From: Sedimentisphaerales bacterium
GTDB taxonomy: Bacteria; Planctomycetota; Phycisphaerae; Sedimentisphaerales; SM23-30
Reading direction: 5' to 3'
Assembly (NCBI GenBank): GCA_963663805.2
Contig: CAXXMR010000012.1
Span: forward strand, 512,001 to 576,000
DNA length: 64,000 nucleotides
Shown: positions 19,733 to 31,788 of the stretch, in pieces
How positions within the stretch are numbered: the stretch's first letter is position 1
How the letters are laid out: every line of letters begins with the position of its first letter
Program-made: the position numbers and the translations under genes
The notes under the pieces: model-generated
The model's database searches: none
Told to the model about the DNA's origin: nothing
Seen by the model: the letters and a program-made list of their open reading frames with translations, nothing else

Positions 19733-21388
19733 CTAGAAAACCAACTCATCAGAGTGATTCAGGGTTCGATTTATCTGAAACTCAAAATGTTTCCGGAACT
19801 TTGCATCGTTGATTTCAGGATAATCACTGCGATAGTGGACCCCGCGGCTTTCCTGTCTGAGCAGAGCAGCCTGAGCGATAAGGCCGCAGACCGTAAGCAT
19901 ATTCTGACATTCCCACGAGCCAATTTCATCGAATACTTTGTCCATGACATAACGCCGCCAGAAATCAATGATTTCCACGGTTTCAGCGAGCCTTTCGCCG
20001 TTGCGTTCGATACCCACATTACGCCACATTACCGCCCGCAGTGAATTGCGAACATCGTTGATGTCCAGTTCGGTGCGATGGGAGTCGGGGATACTGGTAA
20101 TGATTCTGGTGTGGTAGGGCTCTCCGGCTTCGGAAATTTCGCGGGCGGCATTATCACCACAGATTTTGCCGAAGACCAGGGCTTCCAGCAGTGAATTACT
20201 GGCCAGCCGATTGGCTCCATGCAAACCGGTAGCGGAGGCTTCACCGCAACAGTAAAGGTTATCGACATTGGTACGGCCCTGGACATCGGTTTTGACACCG
20301 CCCACCATGTAGTGGGCACTGGGGCGGACGGGAATAAAATCTTTATCAACATTAATATCGAAAGATTTGCAAACCGCGCCTATTGTGGGGAAGCGCTCTT
20401 CCAGCCATTTCGCGCCGAGATGACGTACATCAAGAAAGACATTTGTCGCCCCGGTTTTCTGCATTTGCTGATTGATAACGCGACTTACAATATCACGGGG
20501 GGCAAGTTCAGCCATTTCGTGATATTCGGGCATAAACCTTTGGCCGCGGCGGTCAACCAGCCAGGCTCCTTCGCCGCGAAGTGCCTCGGTTACCAGAGTT
20601 CGGGCGGCACCAGCGACGTAAAGCGTGGTCGGATGAAACTGCATAAGCTCCAAGTCAGTCAGGACCGCCCCGGCACGATAGGCCATGGCCAGACCGTCAG
20701 CGGTGGCACAAGGCGGATTGGTGGTTTCACGATAGAGACAACCAGCCCCGCCGCTGGCGAGAATGGTTTTGCGAGCCCAGACGCACTGTAAACCATGACG
20801 CGGATGGGAACAAATCACCCCCAGGCAGGTATTCTCCTCGGTCAGCAAATCTATAGCGAAACAATTTTCGAAGATTCGAATCATGGGGTTGACGCGGGCC
20901 TGATTGCTCAGGCTCACCGACAAGGCCCGACCGGTACCGTCACCGTGGGCGTGAGCGACCCGCGAAGCACTGTGGCCGCCTTCGCGACCGGTGGCAATTC
21001 TGCCGTCTTCCATGTCAAAAGGGGTTGACCATTGGGCCAGCTGCTTAATCTGGTCGGGGCCGGACTGGATAACTTTTTCGACAATCTGTTCATCACAAAG
21101 ACCGCAACCTGTCTTTAGAGTGTCTTGAATATGGGCCTGGAAAGTATCGTCTTCCCGCAGTACCACCGCTATACCACCCTGGGCATAGTAGGTGTTGCTC
21201 TCGGTGAGCTTATCTTTGACCAGCATGATAACCGAACCGCCCTGAGCAGCAGCCAGGGCAGCTCGTAGGCCAGCTGCTCCACCGCCAATAACCAGGCAAT
21301 CGGTGTAGAGGTGCCCCAAAGCACGAGTATCAGAACGAATCAAGTAACGGCGGAGTTTTTCTGCTGCGGGCGTCATGTGTCTTTCCAT
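19733..21388 (-). CDS. nadB: L-aspartate oxidase
   Basis: GGGAAG FAD motif, YAQGGIA, REGGHS, QFHPT, GLHGANRLASNSLLE, ESRGVHYR. Confidence 0.95.
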   Translation of the reverse strand: MERHMTPAAEKLRRYLIRSDTRALGHLYTDCLVIGGGAAGLRAALAAAQGGSVIMLVKDKLTESNTYYAQGGIAVVLREDDTFQAHIQDTLKTGCGLCDEQIVEKVIQSGPDQIKQLAQWSTPFDMEDGRIATGREGGHSASRVAHAHGDGTGRALSVSLSNQARVNPMIRIFENCFAIDLLTEENTCLGVICSHPRHGLQCVWARKTILASGGAGCLYRETTNPPCATADGLAMAYRAGAVLTDLELMQFHPTTLYVAGAARTLVTEALRGEGAWLVDRRGQRFMPEYHEMAELAPRDIVSRVINQQMQKTGATNVFLDVRHLGAKWLEERFPTIGAVCKSFDINVDKDFIPVRPSAHYMVGGVKTDVQGRTNVDNLYCCGEASATGLHGANRLASNSLLEALVFGKICGDNAAREISEAGEPYHTRIITSIPDSHRTELDINDVRNSLRAVMWRNVGIERNGERLAETVEIIDFWRRYVMDKVFDEIGSWECQNMLTVCGLIAQAALLRQESRGVHYRSDYPEINDAKFRKHFEFQINRTLNHSDELVF

Positions 21389-21466
21389 TAACTATCCGGT
21401 CAATATTCAAAGAAGATAATTTACCGATGGAAAGAGATTATCAACAGAAAAATATGGCGGGAATTT

Positions 21467-22096
21467 TTAACGCAGCTCGACAAACCAGTAAGCATGGTCG
21501 AGAAACTGCTTCCAGGAGCGATAACGGCCATCCTGAAAATTAAATTCGACAACCGGGCTTCTTTTTGGACGGACCGGCTGAGTTATGAGCTTCATATGGG
21601 CCTGGACGGGAGTACGGCCACCCTTTTTGACATTGCATTCGACACAGGCACAAACGATATTTTCCCATGTGGTCTGCCCACCAAGCCGGCGGGGGACGAC
21701 ATGGTCCAGGCTGAGTTCACTGGTGGCTTTGTGCTTGCCGCAATATTGACAACGGCTGCCGTCACGTGCGTAAACATTGCGCCGGTTTAGAGTTACCTTC
21801 CGTTTGGGCAGATGGTCATAAAAGAGCAGGCGGATAATTCGCGGCACCGCGATGCTGAGTTTGACGGTATGCACCCAGTCATGTTCCTGCGGTGCGAATT
21901 GCTGGCGCATCTGGGAGACTTCGATCCAGCTGGAAAAATCATAATTGCTGTATTGCCCGGAGTCACAGACAATTACTTCCGCGAGGCTGCGGGAAAGTAG
22001 GGAGAACGCCCGCTTCGCATCGGTGATGCGTACGGCCATGTAATGCTTGTTGAGTACCAACACATGGCTGTTCAGAGCTGATGCTACCGTGGTCAT
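21467..22096 (-). CDS. HNH endonuclease (McrA-like)
   Basis: VLVLN, PRIIRL, RRNVYARD..CQYCG, LDHVVP, WENIVCACVECNVKKGGRTP. Confidence 0.9.
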   Translation of the reverse strand: MTTVASALNSHVLVLNKHYMAVRITDAKRAFSLLSRSLAEVIVCDSGQYSNYDFSSWIEVSQMRQQFAPQEHDWVHTVKLSIAVPRIIRLLFYDHLPKRKVTLNRRNVYARDGSRCQYCGKHKATSELSLDHVVPRRLGGQTTWENIVCACVECNVKKGGRTPVQAHMKLITQPVRPKRSPVVEFNFQDGRYRSWKQFLDHAYWFVELR

Positions 22097-22611
22097 ACCA
22101 ACTCCTGCCTTTCGGGACCATCAGGTCAATCCGACAATGCGGGCCGGGTTCATTTTCGGCCACAAAAGTCCAGAGGACCACAGTGCCGTATTAACCACAA
22201 AATTCGCAAACTTCTTATATCATACGATATATCTTCGCACAAGCGAAATGCCGCTTTAATCGGCGGTAAACGCTTTTTATTCCTGCCAAAATGACAGCTT
22301 TTTTACAATTTCTTCTTTTCAAAAGATAGTGAAAATAAAATTATATTTTATAAGTCTTTTATTAAAAAAACGTTAGGTTTATTCCGGTTTTAACTGGCAC
22401 GTCTTTTGTTGTATAGGTAGGTGTGATATGAAATATGGCTGGCAGAGGCCAACCGAAAAAGTGAATATATGAAAAAAATCCTGAAGCCCGTTCGATACTG
22501 CCACACGGTGCCAAGTTCTGTGAAGATTAGTGTTTTTGGGATTCTCCTTTCTGTGTTTTGGATACCTGAGTATCTGAATGAACGACAAGAGCCGTCACGA
22601 TTGTCCCGTGT

Positions 22612-23579
22612 TTATCGTGGCGGCTTCTCTGTTTTTCCAGGGTCTTTAACGTTTCGCAGACAAATTTGGGCATTCCTTTTGAGCTTGTCCAGGCCGAGGC
22701 GATGGATGGGGGTGTTCTGATATTTCCGGTCAAACTGTTTGGGGGTCAACCGTTCTATCTCGTCCAGAATGACAAAAGCCAATTCTGGATTTGTCTGAAA
22801 TTCCGGCGTGGAACTTTCCCGCGGACCTTGATTGTGTGGGCACACCTCCTGACAAATATCACAACCGAAAACCCTGTCGCTTATCAGGGTCTCAAAGTCT
22901 TCCGGGATGGGGGCGGGGTTTTCAATGGTTTGATAGGAGATACAGCGACTCGCGTTAAGGATACGGGGCTGAACCAATGCTTTGGCAGGACAGACATCCA
23001 GGCATTTCCGGCAATTACCGCAGAGGCTTTCGGCCGGTAAGTCATTCTCCAGCGGCAGGTCGGTAACTATCTCGCCCAAGACCAACCAGGAACCGTACTG
23101 TTGATTTATCAACAAACCATTCTTGCCTATCCAACCCAAGCCGGCTTGAGCAGCGTAATATTTTTCGAGTAGGGGGGCGGTATCAACAAAAGCACGAAAG
23201 TTATATTTGCTGTCCGTTTTGTCTTTTAAGCGATTTATTAAACGACGCAGTTTGTTTTTTAGAACTTCATGATAATCCGTTCGCCGGGCATAACGAGAGA
23301 TACGTCCAGCGGGAACAAAGGCAGGTGAAATTTGTTCGGCGTAAAAATAACTTAACGCCACACAGATAACTGCGGTCGCACCGGAAACCAGCCGGGTCAC
23401 GTCGATTCGTTTTTCAAGATTGCGGGACATGTAGACCATGTTGCCCGCAAATCCGCGCGACAGATAATTACCAAGTGCCTCCGCGTGTAAATCCGGGACA
23501 GGGCCAGCCTGAGCGATACCGACAAGTTCAAATCCACATTCGTGTCCCCATTTTTTTACGGTCGCTCGGTCGATGGTCA

Positions 23580-23580
<1 letters not shown>
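22612..23580 (-). CDS. queG: Epoxyqueuosine reductase
   Basis: ISRYA...DYH, VDTAP, GWIGKN, CGNCRKCLDVCP, FGCDICQEVCP. Confidence 0.93.
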
Positions 23581-26090
<2,510 letters not shown>

Positions 26091-26105
26091 CTATCGGGGT
26101 TCAAA

Positions 26106-26459
26106 CTATATTAGACCCCGAACAAGTTTAATTTCGTTTATGGTCACTCCGGGACATTTCTTTTTCAGCTGTCCCACTAAATCTTCACGTACCAGCCAAT
26201 CGAGTTCCTGCAGGTGAGCAGAGCTGTCTACCAGCACCCGCAATCTTCCCAAACGTAAACTGTCGGGGCAACTATGACTGGTCAACTCCGGCGGCAATAG
26301 TTCCTGCCAGGCCTGCTGCACTTTCGTGAGTTTCGTCTGGCGCGGCCTGACAACATTATCCAGTAATCCATCGAGCCACTGCGAAACGGTACGGTCCCGG
26401 CGAGCTCTTTGGCGATTATTAAAAACGTTTTTTAGCTTTTCATCGGTCCAGCGATACAC
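26106..26459 (-). CDS. DUF721/DciA-family protein
   Basis: Lies between dnaN and gyrB; AWQELL...LRVLVDSSAHLQEL pattern. Confidence 0.75.
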   Translation of the reverse strand: MYRWTDEKLKNVFNNRQRARRDRTVSQWLDGLLDNVVRPRQTKLTKVQQAWQELLPPELTSHSCPDSLRLGRLRVLVDSSAHLQELDWLVREDLVGQLKKKCPGVTINEIKLVRGLI

Positions 26460-26462
26460 TTT

Positions 26463-27566
26463 TTACACCGTAACCGGCATGAGCACATACAAAAAATCCT
26501 TGCCCGCCCGAATCAAAGCGGGCTTGGCACTCTCACTAAATTCACAAACCAGTTCCGGCTCATCGATAACCCGCAACATCTCCAACAGATAAACCGGATT
26601 GAAACCTATCTTCAAAGGTGTACCGTCATATTTCACGGGCATCCGAATTTCCGCGTCACCGGCTTCCGGGGCATAAGAGGAAAGACACACCTCGTCAGTC
26701 TCAAACGCCATTTCGATACCTTTGGACTGCTCATTGGTCAGCAAAGCAACTCGCCGCACCGCACTGCGTAAAACTTCGCAACCCAACTGAGCTTTTTTGT
26801 CACAGCCGGTGGGAACCACATCAGCATACTTGGGAAACCTGCCCTGAACCAGAGTGCCGGAAAGCTCGACCACCGCGGTACGCAAAATAATATGATTGCT
26901 GGAAAGAGTAACTTCGATTTTCTCTTCCGGGTCGCCAATAATACGCTCGATAATCTGCATGAACTTGAGAGGAACGATGGCACTTGCCTCGCTGTCCGTG
27001 TCAGCTTCCAGGATTTTTCCATCTATCATGGCTAAACGCCGGCCATCGGTAGCCACCATACGCAATTTCTTGCCATGCTGTTCCCAGAGTACCCCGTTAA
27101 TCGCATAACGAGTATTTTCCCGCGCGGTCGAAAAAGCTGTCAGATGAACCATACGTCTCAAGGTCGCCGCTTGAATAATCAGCGGCTTATCATCGCCAAG
27201 TTCCGATAATTCAGGAAAGTCGTCCGGGTCATGGCCGTAAATGTGAAAGCGACTGTCTTTGCCCTTAACCTCACAAGTAGATTCTTTGACTTCCAGGCTG
27301 ATGGTATCATCCTGACTTTCACGCAGGATAGCGGTAATGCGGTCAGCGGGAATAACCGCCGTACCAGCACTGGCAACCTCAACCTGGGGCAAAATACAAC
27401 GAACATTTATCTCACCGTCGGTAGCCTCAACGGTAAGTTTGTTCCCCTCGTCCGAAGCGAAAAGTTTCGCACATTGCAGTATTGGTTTGGGGGTCCTGGC
27501 TGGTACAATCGAAGAAGCCAGCTGGGCCGCCTCACACAAAGCCGCTCGATTACATGTTACATTCAT
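26463..27566 (-). CDS. dnaN: DNA polymerase III beta clamp
   Basis: PKPIL, RYAINGV, VATDGRRL, GRFPKY, IGFNPVYL, YVLMPV. Confidence 0.98.
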   Translation of the reverse strand: MNVTCNRAALCEAAQLASSIVPARTPKPILQCAKLFASDEGNKLTVEATDGEINVRCILPQVEVASAGTAVIPADRITAILRESQDDTISLEVKESTCEVKGKDSRFHIYGHDPDDFPELSELGDDKPLIIQAATLRRMVHLTAFSTARENTRYAINGVLWEQHGKKLRMVATDGRRLAMIDGKILEADTDSEASAIVPLKFMQIIERIIGDPEEKIEVTLSSNHIILRTAVVELSGTLVQGRFPKYADVVPTGCDKKAQLGCEVLRSAVRRVALLTNEQSKGIEMAFETDEVCLSSYAPEAGDAEIRMPVKYDGTPLKIGFNPVYLLEMLRVIDEPELVCEFSESAKPALIRAGKDFLYVLMPVTV

Positions 27567-27589
27567 TACCCAATCCCTCGCAAATTGAC

Positions 27590-27880
27590 TTGCTCTATTA
27601 TTATCCTAATTAATTATTTTAAACTCGTATTAGTATTCATATAGTTTGTGAAACCTGTGGCTTTTGCAATTGCGGGATTGTAACCGAAAACCAGAGAGAT
27701 GTTTAGCAAAAAAATAGCTCCGTGAATAAACTGTTGGCAACCCTGAGAGAAAGACTGTGGGAAATCTTGGTTTATTAACACCCAGGCTGTCCCAGTACTG
27801 TCAGCTGTGAGGGGGGGGTTACAAACAGGGTAGTTCTTTACAGGTTATACACCCCGCTTAACAGTACTGATAACAGGGGT
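27590..27880. other. Putative replication origin (oriC)
   Basis: Near-consensus DnaA boxes (CGTGAATAA 27721, TGTGGGAAA 27756, TTATTAACA 27772, TTATACACC 27845) plus weaker ones. An AT-rich tract with TAC-TAA-TAC trio-like repeats lies next to the dnaN start. Confidence 0.6.
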
Positions 27881-27891
27881 TAGGGCTGTTT

Positions 27892-29097
27892 TCAGTATAG
27901 ATATTTGGTCACATCGAAGTCCCCCACCAGGGCGATATGAAGGTCAGGGCAAGCCGCCAGGGTAATATCCGAATCTTTATCTTCGTTTTTTTCTTTACCG
28001 TCAGTTTGTTTGTTTGCAGGCTCAACAGCCAGTTCAGGATTTATAGGTCTGACCAGGGGACGGCAGGGGTCATTTTCGTTAAGTTCTGTAACGACAACAA
28101 CTTGACCGTTATTGAGGGTGACCATCTCGCCCAGACCGAACGGAGGAATGGTTTCCATAAAAATTCGATAAACATCCGGGTCAAACCATTCGGCGTAACC
28201 TTTTTTCCTCAAACGATTTATGGCAACAACCGGTGGGGCCGTTGAACCATCGGGCAAATGTCTCAGACCGTCGAACCGGTCACAAATCGCCGCAATGCGA
28301 CAGAAAGCGTGGATTTCCTCACCGGACAGAGTCTGGACCGGCTCTTTGCCGCCGGGTAGACATTTCCTCTTGGGAAAACCGCTGCCGTCATAATGCTGAT
28401 GGTGATTAAATACGATTTGTCCAGCGGTAGCGGGTAAACCCCCGTGAATCATGTCATATCCATATTCGGTATGCTTCTGCCATTGGGGGCTGCCTAAATC
28501 GCTGGCGGTTAAGTGAAAATCACGTAACTCCTCAGAAATCATCAATTTACCAATATCATGGAGCAGACAGCCAACCCCCAAATCTATCAGGTCGGTCGCC
28601 TGGCGGGCGGAGACTTTACTGCGGTTGCGAACCAGGAAAGTTTCCAGCCGCATACCCACCACCAAGGCCAGGTAAGCTACGGTGACGCCATGCTTAAAAA
28701 CATCTGAGCCCTCGGTCTGAAGCTGGTCGAGAAAGACAGTCTGATGGCTGTCTGTCCGCAGCATATGATGGAACAACTCACCAACCTGATTGATATATTG
28801 GCGATAATCGACATTTGCCAGACTAAGTTCCTGGCTGGTGGCGAACTGGCCTTTAAGCTCTTTATAAAGCTCTTGGTGAGAAGAGATTACCTTGCTGTCA
28901 ATAAGTTCATCGAGGAAATCCAGTTTGGGATATTTAACCCAGATACTATTGACTTTGAGGCTGCGGAGACGTTTGGTATGCTCCTCTTCCAGCTTGAAAC
29001 CAGCCTTGAGGAGGGTTAAGTCCAGAGACTCCGGGTTGGGTATCGACCGGGCCAGAACCATGCCGGGCCGTGCATCTTGTATAGCTACTTTTAACAT
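27892..29097 (-). CDS. HD-GYP domain protein (putative c-di-GMP phosphodiesterase)
   Basis: PGMVLAR N-terminus, LLHDIGK, HHQHYDGSGFP, RIAAICDRFD. Confidence 0.88.
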   Translation of the reverse strand: MLKVAIQDARPGMVLARSIPNPESLDLTLLKAGFKLEEEHTKRLRSLKVNSIWVKYPKLDFLDELIDSKVISSHQELYKELKGQFATSQELSLANVDYRQYINQVGELFHHMLRTDSHQTVFLDQLQTEGSDVFKHGVTVAYLALVVGMRLETFLVRNRSKVSARQATDLIDLGVGCLLHDIGKLMISEELRDFHLTASDLGSPQWQKHTEYGYDMIHGGLPATAGQIVFNHHQHYDGSGFPKRKCLPGGKEPVQTLSGEEIHAFCRIAAICDRFDGLRHLPDGSTAPPVVAINRLRKKGYAEWFDPDVYRIFMETIPPFGLGEMVTLNNGQVVVVTELNENDPCRPLVRPINPELAVEPANKQTDGKEKNEDKDSDITLAACPDLHIALVGDFDVTKYLY

Positions 29098-29142
29098 GTG
29101 TCACAACCTGCCGCATGTATCATACGGACCTTCCTAATATAA

Positions 29143-29170
29143 TTATCGGCAATTAAAATGCTCAACTAAA
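29143..29170 (-). promoter_or_regulatory. Candidate sigma28 (FliA-type) promoter of the HD-GYP gene
   Basis: Perfect -10 GCCGATAA on the minus strand, with TTTAGTTG 12 nt upstream. Confidence 0.45.
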
Positions 29171-29223
29171 GGTCCCAATAGTCTCTTACAAATGAAATTT
29201 TACGCAAAAGGGCAACAATTTAC

Positions 29224-29275
29224 CAGAGCCGCGCACGTAAGCAAGCGGTGCCGTTAAAAATCCGCGGTTAAATAT
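29224..29275. repeat. Modular intergenic repeat copy
   Basis: CAGAGCCGCGCACGTAAGCAAGCGGTGCCGTTAAAAATCCGCGGTTAAATA, matching the 10.9-kb copy. Confidence 0.8.
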
Positions 29276-29308
29276 TTTTGTTGTTTATGTTGTTTTGAAT
29301 TTTTGAGA

Positions 29309-29908
29309 TTAGAATTTCCAGTTTATCTGGCTTAGGTCCTTGCCAGCCTGAAAACTTAGATTCAGGGCATCAGAACAGCTCTGGATTTCACCAGCCTTGT
29401 CAATATGTTCAAATAACAGGTTGTCCACATAGTTTACACCAAGTGAATCGAACCACCATTTCATAGTTATTTTAGCGCCGGCGAACACTTTTTCCCCCCG
29501 TGTGCCGCCTACGGAGATGAAAATACCCTTACGGTGGGGGGCTTCTGTCGGCGGCGGCTGGGTCTTCAGGACGTATCGGCGGGCCCAGAAAACCTGGCAG
29601 CGGTCAATCATAACCTTCGCCTGAGCACAATGAGCCATGAAATATATGGGGCTTGCCAAAATTATACAGCGGGCCTTTTCTAGCCTATCAATCACATCAG
29701 CCATATCGTCTTTGATGACGCAATGTCCGTGTTTTAGACAATAATCACAATGTTTACAAGGCTTTATGTCAAGTTTGGTCAGGTCGATTTTCTCCGTCGC
29801 CAGCCCTCCCTCGCTGGCCCCACGCAGCAACTCCTCCAGCAGCAAAGTTGTATTGCTGTTACGCCTGGGGCTCGAAGCTAAACCTAAGACATCCATAAAA
29901 GGGGTCAA
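29309..29908 (-). CDS. Iron-sulfur flavoprotein / flavodoxin-like FMN reductase
   Basis: SSPRRNSNT, CKHCDYC-x5-C, ASPIYF, KVMIDR. Start may be 29896. Confidence 0.88.
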   Translation of the reverse strand: MTPFMDVLGLASSPRRNSNTTLLLEELLRGASEGGLATEKIDLTKLDIKPCKHCDYCLKHGHCVIKDDMADVIDRLEKARCIILASPIYFMAHCAQAKVMIDRCQVFWARRYVLKTQPPPTEAPHRKGIFISVGGTRGEKVFAGAKITMKWWFDSLGVNYVDNLLFEHIDKAGEIQSCSDALNLSFQAGKDLSQINWKF

Positions 29909-29937
29909 ATCTCTTTTTTCCTAATCAAAAACTCCAC

Positions 29938-30840
29938 TCATGATACGGCCATACGTTCTTCAGCCACAACTTTGAGTTTGCCCAAAGCCTTATTCTGAAT
30001 CTGTCGGATACGTTCCTTGGTCAGACCCAATTTAGCCCCTACCTCTTTGAGTGTCAAAGGCTTATCATCTTCGCCTTTACCATTGTCATCCAGCGAAAAC
30101 CGCATTTTCACTACTGCCCGTTCAATTTCGCTCAACTCCGCCAGATTTTCACGCACAATAACCCTGACTTCCTCCACCCAGTCTTCGTGAGTTTCTTCCC
30201 GGCACTGTTCCAGATAGTCATCCCGCTCCAGAGAGGGATCCCACTGAGCAGGGAACATGCCCCGATAGCGATAATTTTGCTTGGACGCCCGAGAAAAACT
30301 TTTCAGAATCGCCCGGCAGGCATAGGTGCTGAACTTCCACCCTAATGCGCAATCGAACTTCTCAGACGCTCTCAATAAAGCCATACTCCCTTCGCTCACC
30401 AGGTCGGTGAATTCAACCGTCGGATAGCTAACCCTTTTTGCCATAGAAAGTACCAGACCCAAATTCCCCGAAACAATCTGGCTTTGAACATCGCAGCTCA
30501 ACTGATACCAAGCCTGAAGCTCCTTGATTTTGCTCAAAGGCCAGTCCTTATCACGCAGAATAGACTTGCGAACCTGCTCCATCTTATAACGGGCATAGTT
30601 GAACTGGAGAAAGAGAGTAATCTCATCTTCCAGGCACAGATTCTCATTTGCTACTGCCTCAACCTCCCGCTCCATAATCTCCTTCATAACCGAAGGCCGG
30701 CGAAAACGGTCGTCGTACATGCAATCCGTCTCGTCGGACAGAAGTTTTCCCAGTAATTGCTTCTGGGCCAGGGGTATTCGCAAGGCCGAGAGTTTCTCAG
30801 CGTTTCGAACGCTTAACTTTTCGCGGTTTTTCTTCTTCAT
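29938..30840 (-). CDS. Alternative sigma-70 family factor (regions 2 and 4)
   Basis: NLGLVLSMAK, DLVSEG, KFSTYA, LTLKEVG..LGLTKERIRQIQ. Confidence 0.92.
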   Translation of the reverse strand: MKKKNREKLSVRNAEKLSALRIPLAQKQLLGKLLSDETDCMYDDRFRRPSVMKEIMEREVEAVANENLCLEDEITLFLQFNYARYKMEQVRKSILRDKDWPLSKIKELQAWYQLSCDVQSQIVSGNLGLVLSMAKRVSYPTVEFTDLVSEGSMALLRASEKFDCALGWKFSTYACRAILKSFSRASKQNYRYRGMFPAQWDPSLERDDYLEQCREETHEDWVEEVRVIVRENLAELSEIERAVVKMRFSLDDNGKGEDDKPLTLKEVGAKLGLTKERIRQIQNKALGKLKVVAEERMAVS

Positions 30841-30903
30841 GGCTGCATCCTTCTTATCATGGTTGTGGTTAAAATTCCATTCAACCTCTCAGGTTTACTA
30901 ATA

Positions 30904-30919
30904 AGCAATCAGTATGCCT
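30904..30919 (-). promoter_or_regulatory. Candidate sigma54 promoter of the sigma-70 gene
   Basis: Minus strand AGGCAT-ACTGA-TTGCT (GG-N10-GC spacing). Confidence 0.5.
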
Positions 30920-31392
30920 GTTCAGACAAAAAAATAATTATCGGACAATAAAGCCTCTAACTGTTTGTAAATAAGCAAGTTAAACATAATAAATCTATAA
31001 TTTTTTTTTGGCCAACCAAAGACAACTGTCTCATTCGTGCTATAACGAGACAGTTTCGCTGTCATTCAAATTCGCCTGACAACAACATTATTAAGGTAAC
31101 TTGTTTTTTAAAAAGAGTTTACATTTTTAAGGTCAATATATTTGTTATTGTGAGACATATTTATTTTCTACTGAGACACTAGCCTTTTTAGGCCGTAACT
31201 ACTTGTAAAATAAAAGATGCTCTATATAAAACAGATGTCTGCCGGACAAATAAAGTGTCTCAATATAGAATCAGGAGAGACAGATAACTCGCCTGACACA
31301 CCCTGTAATATAATCCCTGGAAGAATGTTTTGTTACACAATCGATTTATTAGCAATAGGTTATATAAAAACTTTTGGGATGGTTTAAGGGGT

Positions 31393-31408
31393 TGGCACAT
31401 CATTTGCA
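31393..31408 (+). promoter_or_regulatory. Sigma54 promoter upstream of the small gene and nifUS
   Basis: Perfect TGGCAC-N5-TTGCA. Confidence 0.8.
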
Positions 31409-31448
31409 ATTCATATGGATAGAGGAATATTTGTAAGGGTGCTGTACT

Positions 31449-31694
31449 ATGGACATAAAAAATACGAAATATCTGTTGTGTAATGACCATTTGATTGAAG
31501 CTGTCAATCTGGCAGAGAAATTGCTCGCTCTGGCTGACCGGGGAGATGAAAGCCGGGAGGACGTTGGTTGCGGCGTTCTTTACGGCATGATTCGGGACTG
31601 CGGCTACAAGCTGCGCTCGCTCGCGGAAGCAGAGATTGCCGAACATCAGCGTAGAGGAATCTGGTCTTCAGCCTTAGCGACTCATAAAGAATAG
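31449..31694 (+). CDS. Small helical hypothetical protein with Cys residues
   Basis: 81 aa, directly downstream of the sigma54 promoter; LADRGD..RED.GCGVLYG..RDCGYKL pattern. Confidence 0.7.
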   Translation: MDIKNTKYLLCNDHLIEAVNLAEKLLALADRGDESREDVGCGVLYGMIRDCGYKLRSLAEAEIAEHQRRGIWSSALATHKE

Positions 31695-31788
31695 TTTGTC
31701 TGGCTGTGCCATTGAGATTACATTTACCATAACCGGACATGTACTGCCGGCTGGACAACATGGAACACAAAATTGCGGAGGTGCCCTG

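Noticed and set aside
21467..22096. HNH protein as a homing or CRISPR-associated nuclease
   Set aside because: Stand-alone McrA-like HNH with no intron, array or mobile-element context.
22105..22135. Hammerhead-like CTGATG...CGAAA in the HNH leader (minus strand)
   Set aside because: The core is CTGATGG rather than CTGANGA, and the required stems are missing.
22395..22411. Sigma54-like TGGCAC-N5-TTGTT
   Set aside because: Lacks the conserved -12 GC and has no convincing downstream gene; ORF 22469-22720 overlaps queG on the opposite strand.
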